Shown here in pieces: positions 54,716-64,000 of a DNA stretch of 64,000 bases. The stretch is from assembly GCF_009914755.1 (NCBI RefSeq), contig NC_060935.1; one strand, written 5' to 3'. Numbering within the stretch: position 1 is the first letter of the stretch; each line of letters begins with the position of its first letter. The notes beneath the pieces were generated by a model, which saw only the letters and a program-made list of their open reading frames with translations, was not told the DNA's origin and ran no database searches. A program made the position numbers and the translations under genes. The DNA comes from the human T2T-CHM13v2.0 reference genome, Homo sapiens.

Positions 54716-56343
54716 TATGTGTGCTTTGCGAGACTTCTTGCTTGGGCTTGTTTGGGGGTTCATTTGTACCTTGAAGGGGAGGGTATAAAGTTTTAAGACA
54801 CTCAGCTTTGGGTGAACGTCACTGTAGTTATTTTGTTTATTGTAAGTAGGACTTGTAGGTGCCAGAGGAAGGAGGTTATACAGAAGCCCAGGCAGGCAGC
54901 CTTATTCCAATGAAGACTTTTCCCACTGGTCCACCTTTGTTATAAAACCAACTACTTTTAGTTTACAGATGTAGGTCTTCTCTTCTAGAGAAACAGTCAC
55001 CACCTTCCCTTAAGACTACCATTCCAATCACCCAGTCAGTGTATCTAGCTTAACTTAATTTCCAGGGAAAAGGAGGGGTTTAGGGGAAGAGGAAGTCAGT
55101 TTTCGCTCTTCGTGCCATGTGAAAAAATGAAGCTGTGGCTCCAAGAGTACTTTGCTAACTAGGCCAGTGACATGTGTTGATGCCTTTCACCATCTATTTG
55201 TTTAGCTCTGCCAAAATCCAAAGAATGCCTGAATGGTCCCACTAGCACCTCATTACTTGGGTTTACAGCCTTTAAATCATAGGCATGGAGAAATGACCCA
55301 ACATATGAGGCTTTAGATACCTTGTTGAATGATGGGGCTGAGTGCAAGAACTGCCGCCTCAGCCTCACGTTTTTCTTGAAACAGTTATTTGTCTTCCATA
55401 TGTTTGGTCTGTACCTTCTTGCTCCAGTTTCTACAGATACAGGACTGTGTCAGAGCATTTCTCAGAATCATTCAACAAATACTGAGCACCTACTGTATGC
55501 CAGGCATTACCCTTTCAGGGAAGTTGGGTTATGATGATGGGGAGATAAAGAAGCTGGTCTTTACTTCGATAGTTTCTCAGATTTTTTTTTTAAATTAATT
55601 GTTTCCTCCTGTTAGATTCTTTCTAATCATAGATGACCAAGATTTGAACAGCTCTATACAACATGTAATTTATTGAATATTTTTGTACGTGAAGCCTGTG
55701 CTGGGTGTTTCGTGTTCTCATTTAATCTTCCCAGCAAATGTTTTTCCTTTAGTTTTTCCTTCCTGGCTGGGTTGGTTCTCTGCCATTTCTCTTGGAGGGT
55801 CGTACATACCTAACTTTGGTTTCTTTTTCTCTAAAGGACAGACCCACCACTGAACGCCATTTTTACTCTTGTCAGTATACCCTTTGATCTGATGGGTAGG
55901 GTTGGCAAATTTCAAACATTGGAGACTAACAGTATTCATTGATTCAACAAATATTTTATTGAGTGATACTCTGGAAGGTGGTGTTTTAAGTGTTGGCGAT
56001 ACATACGGTTCTGGAGCTTCTATTCTGAGGGAGCAGAAAATGCAGAAATGTCAAGTAGAGAATTCTGTTTAGATGGGGATGGTCAGTGAAGGATTTTCAG
56101 AAGTGACATGATAAACATGGATATGATATATTTTTGCATTACAAAACTAGTTAAAATTTTAACTCCGGCCAGTCATGGTGGCTCACGCCTGTAATCTCAG
56201 CGCTTTGGGAGGCCACGGTGGGTGGATCACGAGGTCAGGAGTTCGTGACCATCCTGACCAACATGGTGAAAAACCCTGTCTCTACTAAAAATACAAAAAA
56301 TTAGCTGGGTGTGGTGGCACGCACCTGTAATCCCGGCTACTCA

Positions 56344-56451
<108 letters not shown>

Positions 56452-56911
56452 TTATTTTATAAAATAAAATTTTAAGTCCTTGGCCAGGTGCAGTGACTCA
56501 ACGCCAGTAATCCCAGCACTTTTGGAGGCTGAGGCAAGCAGGTTGTTTGAGCTCAGGAGTTCAAGACCAGCCTGGGCAACATGGTGAAACCCTGTCTCTG
56601 CAAAAAATTAAAAAATTAGCTGGGCATAGTGGTGCGCATTTGTGGTCCCAGCTACTCCAGAGGGCTGAGGTGGGAGGATCACTTGAACCCAGAAAGTCAA
56701 GGCTGCAGTGAGCTAAGATCAGGCCACTGCACTACAGCCTGGGTGTCTCAAAAAAGAATTTGTCTCAAAAACTTTTTGCCAGGCGCGGTGGCTCACACCT
56801 GTAATCCCAGCACTTTGGGAGGCTGAGGCAGGTGGAGCATCTGAGATCAGGAGTTCGAGACCAGCCTGGCCAACTTGGTGAAACCCCATCTCTACTGAAA
56901 AATATAAGTTA

Positions 56912-57088
<177 letters not shown>

Positions 57089-58612
57089 CTATTAGAGCAA
57101 GTCATTTTTGCTTTCTGCTTTGAGATCCTGATCTCCCTGTAACAGACAATGTAAGAGTAGTTTTTTCATGACTCAGAATCTGGCCTGGTTTAATGCTATA
57201 TTCATACTAGATGCTTTTGCATTTTCTCTTTTTTAAACCATTTATTGCTTTTGTTTTTGTTTTTGTTTTTTGAGACAGAGTCTCTCTGTTGCCCAGACTG
57301 GAGTGCAGTGGCATGATCTGGCTCACCGCAGCCTCTGCCTCCCGTGTTCAAGTGATTCTCCTGCCTCAGCCTCCTGCGTAGCTGGGATTACAGGCGCCTG
57401 CCACCACACCTGGCTAATTTTTGTATTTTTAGTAGAGATGGAGTTTCACCATGGCCAAGCTGGTCTCAAACTCCTGGACTCAAGTGATCCGCCTGCCTCC
57501 TAAATTGCTGGAATTACAGGCATGAGCCATCACACCCAGCCTTAAGCTATTTATTGACTTGTTGAGAGGAAAAACTCTATCAAGAACAATGGCAGCCTAG
57601 GCAACATAGTAGGATCCCATTTCTAAGACAATTTTAAAGTTAGCTCTTTGTGGTGATACGCAGCTGAAGTTCCAGCTACTAAGAGGCTGAAGCGGGAGGA
57701 TAGTTTGAGCCCAAGAGTTTCAAGCTGTGGTGAGCTGATTGTGTCACTGTACTCCAGCCTAGGTGACAGAGCAAGACGAATTATTTTTAAGAGGTGATTT
57801 GAAAAGATTGACTATAACTCACTGATTTTCAACATCAATGTATTATGAAGTTGTTTTTATGCTTCCAATCAAGTGTATCTTTGAGTGGAAGCCACATAGT
57901 TGGCTCTGTGTAATTGACAAGGTTATGCTGCCACTCCTTAGGAATAATAAAGTACTTTTTCTTGCTTTTTGTTTTTTAGACATCCAGCTCTGTCACCCAA
58001 GCTGCAGTGTGGTGGCATGATTGTAGCTCACTGTAACTTTGAACTCCTGAGCTCAAGGGATCCTCCCGCCTTGGCCTCCCAGAGTTTTTGCAGGGACTAT
58101 ATGTGAGCCACTGCGTCTGGTCAAAATGTAGTTTTTCAAGAGTAATGCTTTAATAAACTGATTTTTTTCCCCCATAGCATTTCACTGTTCATTCTGTCTA
58201 GTAAATGTCTAGCTGGCTTTGTATTTCGCTAGGTACTCCCTGATTACCTGCAATTAGGTTACCATGTGGCGAATACAAAGATGAATAGGGCATTGTGCCT
58301 GTCCTCACTGTGCCTCCACAAGCTGCTGCTTGTCTGGGCCTTGGGTGTACAAATAACTGGTATGTCCTTGGAAGTCAGTTCGGGGTGGGAATGGTCATAC
58401 TATTTTGTATTGATGACATGTGCCTCGGCCTGATTCTGCATGGGTCAAAGGACCTGTGAGGGCAGTTTTCAGGGTGATCTTGGAATTTAACTTGATGTTA
58501 ACCCTGTTAACTTTGCCTTTAAAGTTTTCCAGCCAGGCGTGGTGGCTCAACGCCTGTAATCCCAGCACTTTGGGAGGCCAAGGCAGGCAGATCACCTGAG
58601 GTCGGGAGTTCA

Positions 58613-58901
<289 letters not shown>

Positions 58902-58919
58902 TCAAGACCATCCTGGCTA

Positions 58920-59153
<234 letters not shown>

Positions 59154-59580
59154 CTACTCAGGAGGCTGAGATGGGAGGATTGCTTGATGCCAGGGGCGGA
59201 TGTTGCAGTGAGCAGAGATGGCATCACTGGACTCCATCCTGGGTGACAGTGGGATCCTGTCTCAAAAGTTTCCCAGGCATCCTCAAAATTGGGGTTGTTT
59301 TGGGTGAATGCTAAATTAAACCAGGCTCCTTACCCTAGAGCTACACATCAGTACTAAAGTAGACTCGGGGGGGGATGGAGTAGTGAGAGTGAGATCATTG
59401 ATCATTGGCACTAGTATTAAGTGCTGTTTCAAATTACCCAGGTCAGTTTGCTCTCAGTACTTGTGTGTTCTTACACATGATCTCATTCTGAGGTAAAGGA
59501 AATTCCCAGGATGATGGTGATGGGAAGTCCCAGGACTCCCTTTCTGCAGTGGATTTGGAGAACAGTAGTCCAGGTTGTAG

Positions 59581-59772
<192 letters not shown>

Positions 59773-59906
59773 TAGTAGAGACAGGGTTTCACCGTGTTAG
59801 CCAGGATGGTCTCGATCTCCTGACCTCTTGATCCGCCTGCCTCGGCCTCCCAAAGTGCTGGGATTACAGGCGTGAGCCACCATGCCCCGCCAACAGGAGG
59901 ATTTTT

Positions 59907-60232
59907 TTAGTCCGTTTGAGGTGCTGTAACAAAAGACCGTAAGACTGGATGGCTTATACACAACAGAATTTTATTTCTCACAGTTTCGGAGGCTGGGAAA
60001 GCTGAGATCAAGGCCGTGGCAGACGTGGTGTCTGGATTCTGTCTTGAGTTTGCAAGGCAGGAAGGGTGAGGGATTTCTCTGGAGTTTCTTTTATATAAGG
60101 GCACAAATCCCATTGATGAGGGCTCTGTTCTATGGCATAATCACCTCTCAAAAGTGTACCTAATACTTTCACTATGGGGATTCAGATTTTAACATGAATT
60201 TTGGGGGGACATAAACACTCAAAACTATAGCA
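59907..60232. mobile_element. MaLR solo LTR (MLT1A-like)
   Basis: ttagtccgttt...gctgtaacaaaa...tttatttctcacagttt...ggaggctgggaa...catgaattttgggggga cataaacactca. Confidence 0.8.
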
Positions 60233-60289
60233 AGATTCAACTGTGTGTGATATTTACCTAGTTATGATCGTAGCAGCTCTGAATATTAA

Positions 60290-60573
<284 letters not shown>

Positions 60574-61426
60574 TGATCCGCCTGCCTTGGCCTCCCAAAG
60601 CGCTGGGATTACAGGCGTGAGCCACCACACCTGGCTGAAATGAGGAAATTTTTAAAAGTGGCAAATGGATTATGAACATCTTATTCAGAAATAAAGGTAA
60701 AAAACAGCTAAAATGGCAAAAGCAGTTGGGTTCTGGGGAAGGTGGGGCCAGGGGACTTTTTGAAGCCTTAATATTTGCTTTGTTAAACCATGTTCTTGCA
60801 TTATTAAGTTGTGTCATGCTAAGAACTCTATTTTGTCAAGCCAGATTATGATGGCTTAACATGAGTGAACCTTCCAGCTTCTCATGAGATGCAAATCTGA
60901 CAGGAATAGGGACTCGTGTTACTTTATGGCAGGTAAATAGCACCCTTCAGATACAAAATTGGGTTGGTTTCGGGCGTGGTGGCGCATGTCGTAGTCTCAG
61001 CTACTACAGAGGCTGAGGTGCAAAGATTGAGCACAGGAGTTCCAAGGCCAGCCTGGCCAACCTAGTGAGACCTGACCTGTCTGAAACATACAACCCCACC
61101 CGCACCCCCACCAAAACAGGGATGGTGCTTCCTGTCCCTTAAGGAGACAAGACACCAAAGGAGAAAGTACGTAGCTAGTGATGAGTGAATTGAGCATTGT
61201 ATTACTGCTCTCATTTTTGTCTTAAGTTGTCACAACTAACAGGGAGGCTGAGTACTCTGTCCACTGGGAGCTGGTGGTTCCATTGAGGGTTGTGTGTGCC
61301 TGCTGGTTTGAGTTCCTCTGTCCAACATCAGAATTGTTTGTATTCAGATATGCAACAAGATGGGACTTCTCAGTTTCACAACGTAAGGAAGATTGACACC
61401 AAACTGAGTTTGGGGCTTCCTTTGTA

Positions 61427-62040
<614 letters not shown>

Positions 62041-62517
62041 TTCTTTTTTCTCTTTTTTTTTTTCTTTTTTTTTTCTGAGACAGAGTCCTGCTCTGTCGCC
62101 CAGGATAGGGACTCACACTTTGAATATATGCCTCAATTAAAAAGGCAAAAAATAAGCAGGGCACAATGGCATGCACCTGTAGTCTCAGGTACTTGGAAGG
62201 CCGAGGTGCAAGGATCGCTTGAGCAGCCCAGGAGTTCAAGTCCAGCATGGACAACAGCAAGACCCTCTCTAAAAATATTACTTATTTTAGAGACAAGGTC
62301 TTGCTCTGTCATCCAGGCTAGAGTGCCATGGTGTTATCTATCTCACTGCAGCCGTAGCTCGCAGGCCCAAATGATCCTCCCGTCTCAGCCTCCCAAGTAC
62401 TTAGGACTACAGGCATATGCCACCAAATCCTACTATTAGAAGAATTTTATTTTTGGCCGGGCGTGGTGGCTCACACCTGTAATCCCAGCACTTTGGGAGG
62501 CTGAGGCGGGCGGATCA

Positions 62518-62848
<331 letters not shown>

Positions 62849-63236
62849 CTATCCTCTCGCCTCAGCCTCCTGGGTAGCTGGGACTACAGGCACGCACCAC
62901 CACGCCCAGCTCAGTTTTGATTAATTTTGTTTTTTTTTTTTTTTTAGAGGCAAGGTTTTCCCATTTTGCCCAGCCTAGTCTTGAACTCCTGCGCTTAAGT
63001 GATCATCCTGCCTCAGCCTACCAAAGTGGTGGGATTACAGGTGTGAGCCACTGTGCCCAGCCTACAGATAATTTCTTTTTATTTTTTGAGATGGAGTCTC
63101 CCTACGTCGCCCAGGCTGGAGTCCAGTGGCGCCATTTCGGCTCACTACAACGTCCGCCTCCCAGGTTCAAGTGATTCTTCTCCCTCAGCCTCCTGAGTAG
63201 CTAGGATTACAGGCGCATACCACCACGCCCAGCTAA

Positions 63237-63666
<430 letters not shown>

Positions 63667-64000
63667 TGAGACTACAGGCATGCCACTACATCCCACTCGT
63701 ATTTCTTGTAGATACAGGGTTTCGCTATGTTGCCTACGGTGCTCTTGAACTCCTGGGCTCAAGCGATTCTCACCTCGGCCTCCCAAAGTGCTGGGATTAT
63801 AGGAATGAGCCATTGCACCCGGCCTGGGCCTCTTTTAAAAAAGTGAGATTTGAGCAATGAGTTGAATTAGATGTAAGTTAGCAACAGGTATCTGGGGGAA
63901 AAGTACGCCAGGTAGAGAGAATATCTTGAGCAAGGGTCTTAAGGTGGGAGTGTTCTAACAGTAAGGAGGCCAGTGGCAAAAGAGTGAGTGGGAGGAGAGA

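Overview
Human (primate) genomic DNA, recognisable as the 11q13.2 CCDC87-CCS-RBM14-RBM4 locus. It contains: the 5' 420 codons of CCDC87 (- strand, running off the left edge), head-to-head with the complete 8-exon CCS gene (copper chaperone for SOD1, 274 aa); an Alu-dense spacer carrying a 69-nt U4 snRNA retrocopy inserted inside an Alu; complete RBM14/CoAA (3 coding exons, 669 aa); and complete RBM4/LARK (2 coding exons, 364 aa). All three complete genes are on the + strand, and their exon lengths sum to intact ORFs with GT-AG junctions. The rest is mostly Alu, MIR, L1/L2, MaLR LTR and DNA-transposon relics, and most entries in the ORF track are Alu artefacts. I see no new gene family; this is a well-studied locus. 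The most interesting structure is: (i) a phase-1-compatible set of splice sites across the tandem paralogues RBM14 and RBM4, giving RRM-only and chimeric products; (ii) two candidate poison exons in RBM14 and a candidate in-frame N-terminal-extension exon in RBM4; (iii) polarised Alu orientation that could loop out RBM14 exons 2-3; (iv) an unexplained 64-bp direct repeat bracketing CCS exons 6-8; (v) a palindromic double MRE core in the CCS promoter. Repeat boundaries are approximate and subfamily names are by eye.
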